DNA of 64,000 nt, from NCBI GenBank assembly GCA_965248575.1, contig CBDFJQ010000002.1:4224001-4288000 (forward strand), in the 5' to 3' direction. The translations under genes and the position numbers were made by a program. Every line of letters starts with the position of its first letter. Within the stretch, counting starts at the first letter, position 1. This document shows, piece after piece, positions 29,758 through 39,543 of the stretch. A model generated the notes under the pieces. That model did not search any database and had not been told where the DNA came from. It saw only the letters and a list, made by a program, of their open reading frames with translations. Source of the stretch: Planctomycetota bacterium (GTDB lineage Bacteria > Planctomycetota > B15-G4).

Positions 29758-31794
29758 CTAGAACAAGTCCAGCGAGGTCGGCGCGAGGATTCGAGCCGTT
29801 CCGCGAGGCGTGCGCGCCTTGGTCTTCAGGGAGAAGGGACCGCCGCTGCCCTCGAGCCCGAGCACCTCGACAATATAGGTGCCGGTCACCGGAACGATCA
29901 GTTTCTGGATGCGATCGGGCGCCGGGCTGACACCGTCCAGGGAGAGTTCTGCTCCGTCGGGGTCCAGCACCCGCAACGCGGCTTGCAGGTCGCTGCCCTT
30001 GAGCGGGCGGGCGCGCAGGGTCAGCCGGCTGCCGGCGCTCAAATCCACGGAGACGCGCACGGCGATGGACGCTGGCGCCCCCTCCTGTGTGGTGACTTCG
30101 CCGAGCACTTTGTTGCCTGGCAGGAAGGGGACCGGTGGATCACCAGCGAGACCCGCGACCACAGCGCCTTTGCCAGCAGCCGTCCGGACTTTGGTGCGCA
30201 GGGTGTACCGGCCGGCGTCCGCGAACTGCGAGAGCCCCGTTCCGAGAGTGAGCACATAGCTCCCGGTGTCCGGCAGGGAGAACTTGCGCAGTCGTGCTGT
30301 CCGCCCGAGCCCGTCATCCGCTTCCGGTGGAAGGGGCACGAGGCCGCTCGGGGCGGTCAAGCTGAAGCCTGGAGAGAACTTGTTGGAACCCACGGACTTC
30401 ATGCTGAGGGTGAGCTGGGATCCGGCAATCGCTTCAAAGCGGACGATGTCTACGGCTCCTACCGTCAGTTCGTCGCGCAAACGATCTCCGAGCCGGATGA
30501 ACCACGGGTCGCCACCAAAGAGGACGCGACCGGTGCTCGGGAGGGTTGGCAGGGCAGACGAGAGCTGATGCAGGCCAAGCAGGAGGTCGTCGTAGCCATC
30601 GCCGTTGACGTCGCCGGCCGGCGCGACCGCGGCTCTCAGCACGGCATGCGGGGCGCCGAGGAACTGGCCCAGTCGCAACAGGGTTCCCGTGGCGCCCGAG
30701 TAGACGGCGTAGCCTCCCACGAAGTCCTTCAGGGTGGCGGCCAGGATGTCCGGGTGTCCGTCCCCGTCCACATCGCCTGCGGCGGCGACATCGACGAGCG
30801 TGGGGATGTATGGGTTAAAGACCGAGGGGATCAGTTCGAGCTCATCGATCAGCTGCCCATCGGGCCCCGCGAAGATGCCGATGCGTGGCAGGGGCTCGTC
30901 CCGCAGCAGGACGGCGATGTCGCCCAGGCCATCCCCGTTCATGTCACCGGGCGCATCCATGGAGAGGTCGAGCTGCAGGTTGCCGGGGCCTGCTGCGACC
31001 GTGAACAACTCGAGTCCGTCGGCACCTGAGACGACGCGCGCGGAGCGCTCCAACTCGGGTGCTTGGGTGTCCAGCAGGCTGATCAGGATGTCGGGAGTAC
31101 CGTCGCCATCCACGTCACCGGCCCCGCGCACGAGCTGGCCGATGGCGGTGGGCGGGAGGGACTCCTTGATGTCCAGCAAGACGCCGCCCGTGGCGCCGGA
31201 GTGCACTCGCACGCGACTGACCCCGGGGCTGCCCACTCCAAAGTCAGCGTGCCCATCTCCGTTGATGTCGCCCACGCCATGAACCGAGAAACCGGTTTCG
31301 TCGCCAGCGAGATCCCCCAGGATTTGCAGCAAGGTTGTTCCCTTGGAGCCGGAGACGGCGAGCACGCGGCCCACCTGTCCGTCGCCGGTGAGGAAACCCG
31401 GTTCTCCGATGAGGATGTCATCGAAGCCGTCGTTGTTGATATCGCCTGCAGGCCCCACGGACTGGCCGAAGCCCTTGCTCGGATCGCCGGTGAACTGCAG
31501 CAGCACGCTGCCATCAGATCCCGAACGAACCGTCACGGTTCCGCTCGACTGCGAGCCCACGAGGATGTCGTCACGCCCGTCCTTGTTGATGTCCCCAGCG
31601 GAGAGCAACACGTCTTGCAAGAAGCTGGGCTGACCCGTCAGCACGATGCCGGTGTCCAGACTCATCCGCCAGGAGATGGAGTCGTCGGGGCCCAGCTGGC
31701 CGCCGAAGTCGCCCTGGGCCCAGGTGGCGGCGAGCCCAGCCAGAAGCATGCCGCTGGTGAGGAGACGAAGCGTCGGTCGGGTGCTCATGGGCAT
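29758..31794 (-). CDS. Secreted FG-GAP (integrin-alpha-like) repeat protein with two C-terminal PPC-like domains
   Basis: Signal peptide; seven GD(I/V/M)(N/D)xDGxxD Ca-binding motifs; C-terminal FEAIAGSQLTLSM...LPDTGSYVL and LSAGSRLTL...PVTGTYIVEV. Confidence 0.87.
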   Translation of the reverse strand: MPMSTRPTLRLLTSGMLLAGLAATWAQGDFGGQLGPDDSISWRMSLDTGIVLTGQPSFLQDVLLSAGDINKDGRDDILVGSQSSGTVTVRSGSDGSVLLQFTGDPSKGFGQSVGPAGDINNDGFDDILIGEPGFLTGDGQVGRVLAVSGSKGTTLLQILGDLAGDETGFSVHGVGDINGDGHADFGVGSPGVSRVRVHSGATGGVLLDIKESLPPTAIGQLVRGAGDVDGDGTPDILISLLDTQAPELERSARVVSGADGLELFTVAAGPGNLQLDLSMDAPGDMNGDGLGDIAVLLRDEPLPRIGIFAGPDGQLIDELELIPSVFNPYIPTLVDVAAAGDVDGDGHPDILAATLKDFVGGYAVYSGATGTLLRLGQFLGAPHAVLRAAVAPAGDVNGDGYDDLLLGLHQLSSALPTLPSTGRVLFGGDPWFIRLGDRLRDELTVGAVDIVRFEAIAGSQLTLSMKSVGSNKFSPGFSLTAPSGLVPLPPEADDGLGRTARLRKFSLPDTGSYVLTLGTGLSQFADAGRYTLRTKVRTAAGKGAVVAGLAGDPPVPFLPGNKVLGEVTTQEGAPASIAVRVSVDLSAGSRLTLRARPLKGSDLQAALRVLDPDGAELSLDGVSPAPDRIQKLIVPVTGTYIVEVLGLEGSGGPFSLKTKARTPRGTARILAPTSLDLF

Positions 31795-31967
31795 GTGGTC
31801 TCTCGGGTCAGGCGTGCTGCGCAGGAGGCTCGGGGTCTCTCCCCCAACGCTATGACTGCCTTAGTGGAGAACGCAGGCTGGAGCTGGGCCGAACGGATGG
31901 AGTACAAACTTCGCTCGACGTGCAGCGCTGGATTCAGCTGACGACCTCTTACCAACAGGATCATGGC

Positions 31968-32582
31968 ATGGAACTCTCAGAAGCCATTCGCGCACGCGGG
32001 AGCGTGAAGTCCTACGACACCTCCTACAGTCTCAGCGACGACGATCTTCGGCGCCTCTTCGAGCTGGTGGTGCGGTCTCCGTCCTCCTTCAACCTACAGC
32101 ACTGGCGCTTTCTGGTGGTTCGGGAGCAGGGTCTCAAGGACCAGCTGATGGGGGCAGCCTGGGGGCAGACCCACCTGGGAGAGGCCTCAGCGGACGTGGT
32201 CGTCTGCGGAAAGCTGGATGCCCACGAGGACGCCGCCGCGATCTATGCAGGCGCCCCACCGGAAGTTGCAGAAAAGATGGTCCCCATGATTGGCGGCTTC
32301 TATGCCACCAACGATGGTCTGAAACGTGATGAGGCCATCCGGAGCGGCAGCCTGGCGGCCATGACGCTGATGCTCGCCGCAGAGGACATGGGCCTCGCCA
32401 CGTGCCCCATGATTGGCTTCGATCCGTCCAAGGTGTCCGAGATACTTTCCATTCCCGACGACCATGTCCCGGTCATGCTGGTGACCGTGGGCAAGGCTGC
32501 AACAGCAGCGCGCCCCAGCGATCGTCTGCCCCTCAGTGAGGTGGTGAAGCTGGGGGATTTCCAAGCCCCCGGGCTCAGCTAG
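31968..32582 (+). CDS. Nitroreductase family protein
   Basis: AIRARGSVKSY, RSPSSFNLQHWRF, LMLAAEDMGLATCPMIGFD. Confidence 0.92.
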   Translation: MELSEAIRARGSVKSYDTSYSLSDDDLRRLFELVVRSPSSFNLQHWRFLVVREQGLKDQLMGAAWGQTHLGEASADVVVCGKLDAHEDAAAIYAGAPPEVAEKMVPMIGGFYATNDGLKRDEAIRSGSLAAMTLMLAAEDMGLATCPMIGFDPSKVSEILSIPDDHVPVMLVTVGKAATAARPSDRLPLSEVVKLGDFQAPGLS

Positions 32583-32756
32583 TCCGGCGTCCCGGCGAGG
32601 GTGTCAACACCCGCATCCCCTCAAGGGCCTGACCCCGCAGCGGAAGAAATGCCGGGGGTTTCGAACCCGGTGACGTTGTCTCCGAAACCGTCACCGTTGA
32701 CGTCTCCACCCCCGGCAAGTTGATGCTGGATTGCGATCGCGCGTGGGTTCCGTCAC

Positions 32757-33024
32757 GGTTCTCTCGATGTCCCGGCAAGGCACTGGACGTCCACGGCAAA
32801 AGGGCGGACCCGGGCCAGCACGCCGACGAAGGCAGTGTCAGGCGATTCGGTGTCGCGGGTCGGGAACCGCCCCGGCGCCCGTTCGTCGCGACGACGGAGG
32901 GGCATCCGTCAAGGTGTCGCGTCGAGCTGGAGCGCTGGTCGGGTGTGCCGCCCGGGTCCACAGAGGCCGCAGGACGGCCTCTGCCCGGTGAGACGCGACA
33001 CACCATCGGGATCTATCGAGAGCC
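32757..33024 (+). ncRNA. Candidate structured non-coding RNA of unknown family
   Basis: About nine nested helices plus a 10-bp pseudoknot pairing, in a gap between convergent genes. The G-U pairs fall on the + strand. See findings. Confidence 0.5.
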
Positions 33025-33030
33025 TCACTC

Positions 33031-33069
33031 AAAAAAATGAGCGCGTTCCCGAGGCTGCTGGGCCCGCTC
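33031..33069 (-). terminator. Probable intrinsic terminator of the S8 protease gene
   Basis: Minus strand GAGCG..CCC...GGG..CGCTC followed by T7, immediately after the stop codon. Confidence 0.55.
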
Positions 33070-35367
33070 CTAGGGCGCGATGACGAACACCGTGTCGGCG
33101 GCCACCGTGTACACATCGTCGAGAGAGCCGGAGTTGCCAAGCACGACCAGCCCGAAGTGCAGGGGGACGTTCGCGGCTTGCACGAGGTTCGGGATGGGCA
33201 GGTCTGCGCTGGCCTTGCCCGTCGCGTCCAGGTTGCCCGTGAAGCCGGGCAGGAAGACCGTCGCACGAGCGAAGAAGTCATAGGACGTGGGCAAGGTGTA
33301 TCCCGAGCTGCCGAAGCTGAATCCGCTGGGGACATCCAGGGCAGCCCAGGCCACATAGGGTTTGCCTGCCCCCTCGTAGATCTCGCTGAACTCCATGGTG
33401 GGGGTCTGCCCCACGGCGAAGGGGGCGCTACCACTGGCGAGCTGCAGATTGGCCGTGGCCGAGTCCGATCGTGTGGACCAGGCGACGGTCAGGGGCTCGC
33501 TGCTGCCGTCAAAACGGATGCGCGTCAGGCGCACGGTGTAGGTGCCCGAGACGCTCGCCTGGAAGCTCGCGATCTCGAAGGGGTTCAAGGCGCTGGCTGA
33601 GCTGGCCACCACGTTGGACGACGGATCGAGGATGGTCATGTCCACGTCCATCTCGAGCACGTCGGTGGTGTAGGCCGCATTGGGGTTGCTGAACCAGAGC
33701 GCCGTGACGCGCACGTCCTCGCCGGCGAGCACCGTCATGGGGATGTCGAGCAGCCCGCCTACGAAGTCGGCGTTGACCACCTCGTCGTGCCACCACTGGC
33801 CATCCCGAACCGTTGCCCAAGCCGCAGCGCCATGCACTCCGCCTGCGCCATCGAACTCGCTGAGCAGGCTGTCTCCCTCGACGTTGTGCCAGGCCGAGGC
33901 CATGAGCACCGCCTTGACCGTCGTCATCTGCGCCAAGAGGGTCGTGTCCCCGGCGCTGATGAGTCCCGCAATGCCGCAGGTCAGGGGGCTTGCCGAGGAC
34001 GTACCGCCAAAGCCGCTGGTGATGCCGGTGCCGCCGGTGCCTGTGGTCGTGACACCCGTTCCCGGGCTCGCGATCTCCGGCTTCTCATGACCCTCCATGG
34101 GGTCCCAGTACGAACTGGAACTTGCCATGGTGTCCCCGGCCCAGGCCACGTCGTCGCCGTCGGAGTAGGCGCCGGTGTTGGTCATGTTGAAGCCGTTGCC
34201 AGGCGTCGTGGTGTAGGGCGTGGAGGTGTTGCCCTGGTTTCCCGTGGACTTGAACATCATCACGCCGAAGTTGCGGATGGTGTGGTCGAAGAAGCGGTCG
34301 AGGAAAGCAATGGAGCCCTTGAGGCCGTTCCACCACGAGCAGTTGCCGTAGTCGACACCTTGCGTGATGGCATTGCTCCAGATGGTGGGTGCTGCGCTGT
34401 CGCCGGAACCGCCCGCGCTGAACAACTGGTTGATGGTGTAGTTGGCTGCCTGGTAGGTGGGATGGTTGTTGGCGATGTTTCCGGCAACGCTGGTGGCGTG
34501 CGAGCCGGTGCTGGACGAGTTGAGCAGCACGATGGGGGGCAGGAAGGCGTTGGTGGTCTGCACCTGCGCGGTGTCGTTCACCATGATGTTGACCTGGGTG
34601 CCCGCCAGGATTCCCTGGGACCAGACCTGAGGCGTGCGCAACGTCCCTTGGGCGAAGTTGCCTTCCTCGAACCATTGGGGTTGGGAAAGATAGGCTTCAT
34701 CGACCGCGGTATCCCGAGCGAGCAGGCGGGTCTGGGTGGCGGACACTTCGGCAATCACGAAGGGCCAGGCATCTCCGACCAGTGCCACGCGTCCTCCCAG
34801 GGATTCCACGTGCGCGGCGAACAGCCCGTTTCCGGTTTCGTAGGCCACGCGTGCAGCATCATGAGAGGCCTTTCGTTCGCCCCGGATGGCGGCTGCCAGG
34901 GCATCCCCGGAGAGCGCCGCCACGTGTTGGGCGTTGCGTTGCCGGAGCTCGGCGCCCAGCGTGCGACCAGGGGCAGTCTCGTGCAGCCAGAAAGCCACCT
35001 CCAGGGTTCCGTCCTCAGCGAGTCCATCCACGGCAGCCTTGAGGGCCGGCGTCATGCCGCCGCGCCGAGCGAGGGCCAAGGCATGGTCTTGCTGGCGCAG
35101 GTCGTCGAGCAGAACGGGCGTCCCATCAGCGAGGCGTGTTGTCCGTTGCACGGAACCGTCAGCCTGGACAGACCGTTCGTCGATGACCACGAGCCCCAGT
35201 TCGCTCAGCGTGTGTTGCGTGCGCACGGTGGGCAGCGTCAGCGAGGCCTCCTCCGTTGCGCCGTGCTGCGGCAGCACGTGCGGAGCGGCGGATTGAGCGG
35301 GCAGCGTGGGGCCCAGGGCAAGTGCGCTGAGTGCGCCGGCAAGAACGCTGAGGCGGGCTGGCAACAT
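33070..35367 (-). CDS. Secreted subtilisin-like (S8) serine peptidase with prodomain and C-terminal beta domains
   Basis: Signal peptide; Asp (IMVNDT), His (GSHATSVAG), oxyanion Asn (STGNQG), KPEIASPG, Ser (GGTSSASPL). Confidence 0.88.
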   Translation of the reverse strand: MLPARLSVLAGALSALALGPTLPAQSAAPHVLPQHGATEEASLTLPTVRTQHTLSELGLVVIDERSVQADGSVQRTTRLADGTPVLLDDLRQQDHALALARRGGMTPALKAAVDGLAEDGTLEVAFWLHETAPGRTLGAELRQRNAQHVAALSGDALAAAIRGERKASHDAARVAYETGNGLFAAHVESLGGRVALVGDAWPFVIAEVSATQTRLLARDTAVDEAYLSQPQWFEEGNFAQGTLRTPQVWSQGILAGTQVNIMVNDTAQVQTTNAFLPPIVLLNSSSTGSHATSVAGNIANNHPTYQAANYTINQLFSAGGSGDSAAPTIWSNAITQGVDYGNCSWWNGLKGSIAFLDRFFDHTIRNFGVMMFKSTGNQGNTSTPYTTTPGNGFNMTNTGAYSDGDDVAWAGDTMASSSSYWDPMEGHEKPEIASPGTGVTTTGTGGTGITSGFGGTSSASPLTCGIAGLISAGDTTLLAQMTTVKAVLMASAWHNVEGDSLLSEFDGAGGVHGAAAWATVRDGQWWHDEVVNADFVGGLLDIPMTVLAGEDVRVTALWFSNPNAAYTTDVLEMDVDMTILDPSSNVVASSASALNPFEIASFQASVSGTYTVRLTRIRFDGSSEPLTVAWSTRSDSATANLQLASGSAPFAVGQTPTMEFSEIYEGAGKPYVAWAALDVPSGFSFGSSGYTLPTSYDFFARATVFLPGFTGNLDATGKASADLPIPNLVQAANVPLHFGLVVLGNSGSLDDVYTVAADTVFVIAP

Positions 35368-35445
35368 GGCGGGTCTCGGGGGCCGGGTGATCCTGGTGGA
35401 GTTCCACCACAGCCTAGCAGGCGTGTGCTGAACCCTGGGTGAGGC

Positions 35446-36438
35446 TCAGGAGCTGAGCTGGTCGTGGAAGGTGTTGGCGTCGATGTTCGTGCCGCAGATG
35501 ACGACGCCGACCCGTTGGCCAGCGAGGCGCTCTCTCAAGGGGCCGAGCAAACCAGCCGTGGAGGCGGCGCCGGCTGGCTCGAGAGCGAACTTCAGGGTGC
35601 GGAAGGCGAAGGCCTGCGCCGCCAAGATCTCTGTGTCTTCCAGCAGGAGCACTTCGTCCACATGCTGCTGGCAGAGGCTCAGGGATGTCGTGCCGGTGAA
35701 AGGGGCTGCCAAGCTGTCGGCCACGGTGCTCATGGCCTCGAGCGTCACGGGCTCGCCTGCCTCAAAGGCGCGTGTCATGGTCGGTGCGCCGCGGGGTTCG
35801 ACCCCATAGACCTTGCACCCAGGGCGGCAGGCCTTGACGGCCGCCGCGACGCCCGATGCCAACCCGCCTCCTCCGATGGGAACGATGACGGCGTCGAGCT
35901 GCGGGACTTGTTGGCAGAACTCCAGGCCCAGGGTGGCCGTGCCGAGGGAGGTGTGCAGGCCGTCGAAGGGGTGGACAAAGAAGCGCCCCTCCTGCTGCAC
36001 CAGTTTTTCGACGAGGGCGAAGCCCGCCTGCGCATCGTCAGCCAGGATCAGCTCCGCACCGAAAGACCTGCACAGCTCGACGCGCAACGGGTTCGCGTGG
36101 CGCAACATGACGACCTTGGCCGACAGCCCCAGTTGCTGGGCGGCGTAGGCGGTGGCAATGGCGTGGTTGCCCGCACTGATGGCCGTGACTCCCCGGCTCA
36201 GGGATCCGGGCTCCTGACTCAACAGGACGTTGAACGCGCCCCGCACCTTGAATGTGCCGGTGTACTGCCAAAGTTCCAGTTTGGCGAAGACCTCGGTGCC
36301 CGCGGGGAGGCGCTCCCGCAGCTCCGGGTGTTGCCATGCATGCACAGGCGTTTCGAGCACGCGCGAGCCCAACCTCTCGCGGGTGGCCTCGATGGCGGCG
36401 AGGCTCAGCTGGGTCGTCGGTGAGTCTGCTTGCGTCAC
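35446..36438 (-). CDS. PLP-dependent threonine/serine dehydratase family protein, no regulatory domain
   Basis: KLELWQYTGTFKVRGA, SAGNHA, VHPFD, PIGGGGLASG, LEPAGA, CGTNID. Confidence 0.9.
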   Translation of the reverse strand: MTQADSPTTQLSLAAIEATRERLGSRVLETPVHAWQHPELRERLPAGTEVFAKLELWQYTGTFKVRGAFNVLLSQEPGSLSRGVTAISAGNHAIATAYAAQQLGLSAKVVMLRHANPLRVELCRSFGAELILADDAQAGFALVEKLVQQEGRFFVHPFDGLHTSLGTATLGLEFCQQVPQLDAVIVPIGGGGLASGVAAAVKACRPGCKVYGVEPRGAPTMTRAFEAGEPVTLEAMSTVADSLAAPFTGTTSLSLCQQHVDEVLLLEDTEILAAQAFAFRTLKFALEPAGAASTAGLLGPLRERLAGQRVGVVICGTNIDANTFHDQLSS

Positions 36439-36589
36439 GGAGCGGGGTCCCTCTGGCTGCCGGGCCCAGAACCCTCAAGAGGGTGTTCCGTCACCAGGCG
36501 CTGGATCGAGGGAGCGAGTCTAACCGCGCAGCTGCCGCACCGGACTTGGCTGTGTTCGCCGCTGCATTCGCCGCGCTGGGCGGGCGCCC

Positions 36590-38437
36590 TCAGTGCTGCA
36601 AGGGGAAACCGTAACTCTGCGGCAGGGGAGTGATGGCTGCGTTCGAGGGCGTCCGCAGGCTGCTGAAGGTGAACTGACCTTGCGCACGGCCCCGGCCCAG
36701 TCCGACGAGCAGGGACCCGGAGGAGGAGTACGCCAGGACAGGCGAGACCCGCAGGCTGTTGGGCGCGGCCTGACGCAGCGCACCCGTCATCAGGTCGAGA
36801 TAGGTGGGCATCACCAGTTCGTGTCCCGTTTCCACGACGAAGGACGCGAAGCGGCCGCGTGGGGAGACGGCGAAGCGGCTGAGCTCGGCCTTCGGATCGT
36901 TCGCCGACAGCAGCAGCAGTGGCTCTGCATCGGGAGCCCGCCGTTTCAGCAGTTGGACGTCCACCTGCACGTCCGCTGCGTCTGTGGAGAGAGCGCGGGA
37001 GTCCGGACCGTGGTGAGCGATAACGAGCAAGGAGGTTCCCATGGGCACCAGGACGGGGCGGGTCCGAAGGCCGCGCACCAGGGTGTCCGGTTCGTTGGAG
37101 ATCGGCGCGTCGGAGGCCTGCCTGAGATCCAGCTCCAGCAGTTCGAAGCTCGGCCCCTGTTCGGTGCGCAGCCTCGCGACCATGAACAGGGACTGGGCGT
37201 CGGGGCTCGTGACCATCTCCTCCATCCAGACGTCCCGGTTGAGCGCCGTGTTGAGCGCATGGCTGGGCATCGAGAGTGGGGCGGGGCGCGAGCCATCCTG
37301 CTCGACATCCCAGCGCCAGAGGGAACCGCCGACCTCGAGGAACTGCAGCCTGTCGGCGGGGTCGAAGTCCAGGGAATGAAGCGTTCCGGGTGCGGGGGCA
37401 CCCGGGTGCGCGAGCAGGCCGCGCTGCAGGGGGGCTGCGGGTGCGATGCGGCGGGTCAGGATCTCGAAGGAACGTTGGGCGTCACGGAAAGCGAGGCGGT
37501 CGCCCCGTGAGTTCCACGCCATGGGGCGCGCTGATTGCAACAGGCTGCGGGCGTTCGAGCAGCCGTAGTGGCCCGACGTTTCACTCATGCGCTGCGCGGG
37601 CTCGCTGAGGTCGACGGCAAACACATGATGTTCACCCGCATCGGGAGCGCTCGCGGATTGCGAACGGACCACCACCGCCACGCGGGTCCCTTGTCGGTTC
37701 ATGACGACCTCGGGCAGGACTTCCGCGCGCAGCAGGTCGAACTCCACATGTTGAGTCCGGCTCGCGGCAGGTCGTGCGCGATGCAGCTCGCCCGACGCGA
37801 TGAACCACACGGCTTGGGTGGAGGCGCGCAGGCTGCTGGCATCGATGCGCAGCGGGGCCTCCTGGGCGGTGAGCACGTGATGCAGCCGATCGCTGGCGAG
37901 GTCCCCATCATCGAGGCGCACGAGGATGACGTCCCCGCCTGCGTCATGCTCCGTGGCGACGGCTAGCATGCCGCCATCGGCGGAGACAGACACATGCTCC
38001 TGAAGCGCCGGCCCCGCGAGGTCACTGGGCACGGACACCAGAAGCTCCGGAGTCCCGTTGGCACGCACGCGCAGCAGGCCCGTTTCGACGCCGGATTGAA
38101 CCCGGTAGAGGGCGCCACCCCCGGGCAGCCTGATGTGGGGAGCGGGTGTCTCCAGGCCAGCGACCGTCGGGCGGTCGGACCGCAGGCGATCCATCGCTTC
38201 GTGGCCCGCGAGGCGGATGGAGAGGAAGGTCACGTCATCGATCTCGGACACGGCCATGCCCGAGGGTTCATCGACCGTCCAGATGTGAAGCGCACCGTTG
38301 GAGGATTGCACGGCGAACGGCATCTGTTGCCCGGCGGCGGTGGGCGTCCAGGCGAGCAGGGTGCCGACCAGGGCAGCGAGCATGGCCATGAGCCCGGGGT
38401 GCTCTTGGGCCAGGCGGGGCGTCAGGATGGGGCACAT
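36590..38437 (-). CDS. Secreted hypothetical protein, probably beta-propeller
   Basis: Signal-like LMAMLAALVGTLLAWTPTAAG; repeated SxDGxxLA / WNSRGDRLAF / SPDAQSLF / SPRGRFASF blade motifs. Start uncertain. Confidence 0.65.
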   Translation of the reverse strand: MCPILTPRLAQEHPGLMAMLAALVGTLLAWTPTAAGQQMPFAVQSSNGALHIWTVDEPSGMAVSEIDDVTFLSIRLAGHEAMDRLRSDRPTVAGLETPAPHIRLPGGGALYRVQSGVETGLLRVRANGTPELLVSVPSDLAGPALQEHVSVSADGGMLAVATEHDAGGDVILVRLDDGDLASDRLHHVLTAQEAPLRIDASSLRASTQAVWFIASGELHRARPAASRTQHVEFDLLRAEVLPEVVMNRQGTRVAVVVRSQSASAPDAGEHHVFAVDLSEPAQRMSETSGHYGCSNARSLLQSARPMAWNSRGDRLAFRDAQRSFEILTRRIAPAAPLQRGLLAHPGAPAPGTLHSLDFDPADRLQFLEVGGSLWRWDVEQDGSRPAPLSMPSHALNTALNRDVWMEEMVTSPDAQSLFMVARLRTEQGPSFELLELDLRQASDAPISNEPDTLVRGLRTRPVLVPMGTSLLVIAHHGPDSRALSTDAADVQVDVQLLKRRAPDAEPLLLLSANDPKAELSRFAVSPRGRFASFVVETGHELVMPTYLDLMTGALRQAAPNSLRVSPVLAYSSSGSLLVGLGRGRAQGQFTFSSLRTPSNAAITPLPQSYGFPLQH

Positions 38438-38620
38438 GGGGAGAGGCTCAGCAGGCGGTCGGGAATGCGGCTGGATCGCTCTCCTCATCGGCATTCGAGC
38501 TTCCCGGGCATGAAGCCAAGCGGGTGTGCTGTAGCCCCGGGCACCCGTGCTTGATAGACCTCGTAGTGGCGCCACGATCGTGGCGCCTTGGTCCGAGCTT
38601 CCCCAGTGAATGAGAACACG

Positions 38621-39436
38621 ATGACCGAGGCACCCGGAATGAACCCGGCGGCCGGCTTGAAGGACGGTTTGGGGCCGCGACAGGGCCTCGACGCCGCCTC
38701 AGGCCTGCGATTCCAATGGGTTCGCCGGGTCGCCGATCTCGATGCCCTTGCAGAGACGGCCGCCGATGAGGTCCTACGAATCAGTCACGAGGCCATCGCA
38801 AGCCGTGGCGTGTTTCGCGTGGCGCTCGGCGGCGGGCCGACACCTCGCCCGCTGCACGAGATTCTCGCCGGTTGTACCTCTGAGCGCTTCGGTCGTTGGC
38901 ATTTCTACTGGGGGGACGAACGCTATGTTCCGCCGGACCACCCCGACAGCAACTTCCTCATGGCCCAGCAGACGCTGATCGGGCGGGTCCCCGTGGCTGC
39001 TCACCACGTCCATCGCGTCCTCACGGAGCAGGGCCCGCCGGCGGCGGTGGCTTCCGCCTATGAGGAGGAACTGCGGGCCAGCTTCGGCTGCGGCCCCGCG
39101 GAGATTCCACGCTTCGATTTGATGCTCATGGGGATGGGCCCTGACGGCCACACGGCTTCCCTCTTCCCGGGCAGTCCGCTCTTGAGAGAGCAGGAGGCGC
39201 TGGTAGCGTCCTGTTTCGAACCGTCGGTGAGCTCCCATCGCATCACCATGACCCTGCCCTTGATCAACGCAGCTCGGGCGGTCATCTTCACCGTGGCTGG
39301 GGCGGCGGCAGCGCCGGCGTTGCGGGATGTCCTGGATGACCGGGTGGCGCCTGAGCAACGGCCGGCGCGACTCGTCTGCCCCACGGACGGCACCCTGTTG
39401 TGGATCGTCGATGAGGCAGCCGCACGGGACGGCTGA
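38621..39436 (+). CDS. pgl: 6-phosphogluconolactonase
   Basis: VALGGGPTP, FYWGDERYVPPDHPDSN, LMGMGPDGHTASLFP, RITMTLP. Confidence 0.93.
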   Translation: MTEAPGMNPAAGLKDGLGPRQGLDAASGLRFQWVRRVADLDALAETAADEVLRISHEAIASRGVFRVALGGGPTPRPLHEILAGCTSERFGRWHFYWGDERYVPPDHPDSNFLMAQQTLIGRVPVAAHHVHRVLTEQGPPAAVASAYEEELRASFGCGPAEIPRFDLMLMGMGPDGHTASLFPGSPLLREQEALVASCFEPSVSSHRITMTLPLINAARAVIFTVAGAAAAPALRDVLDDRVAPEQRPARLVCPTDGTLLWIVDEAAARDG

Positions 39437-39543
39437 CGGGACGCCTGGCGTGGGCTGACGGCTTGCACGAGCAATTGCCACGGGGCCCTCGACCATGGTT
39501 GATCGAGGGCCCCGTGAGTGGTGCCAAGCGATGGTCGAAGCGC

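Noticed and set aside
32585..33050. RNase P RNA, tmRNA, SRP RNA, tRNA or retron identity for the structured intergenic region
   Set aside because: No GAGGAAAGTCC on either strand and no tRNA-like CCA end (GTCTCCACC continues CCC). The minus-strand GGTCAGGCCC-TTGA-GGG lacks the SRP GNRA loop and AGCAG. No RT gene is nearby.
32575..33083. Short ORFs (82-143 aa) spanning the structured region
   Set aside because: Arg/Pro/Gly-rich shadow-like translations with no RBS or recognisable motif.
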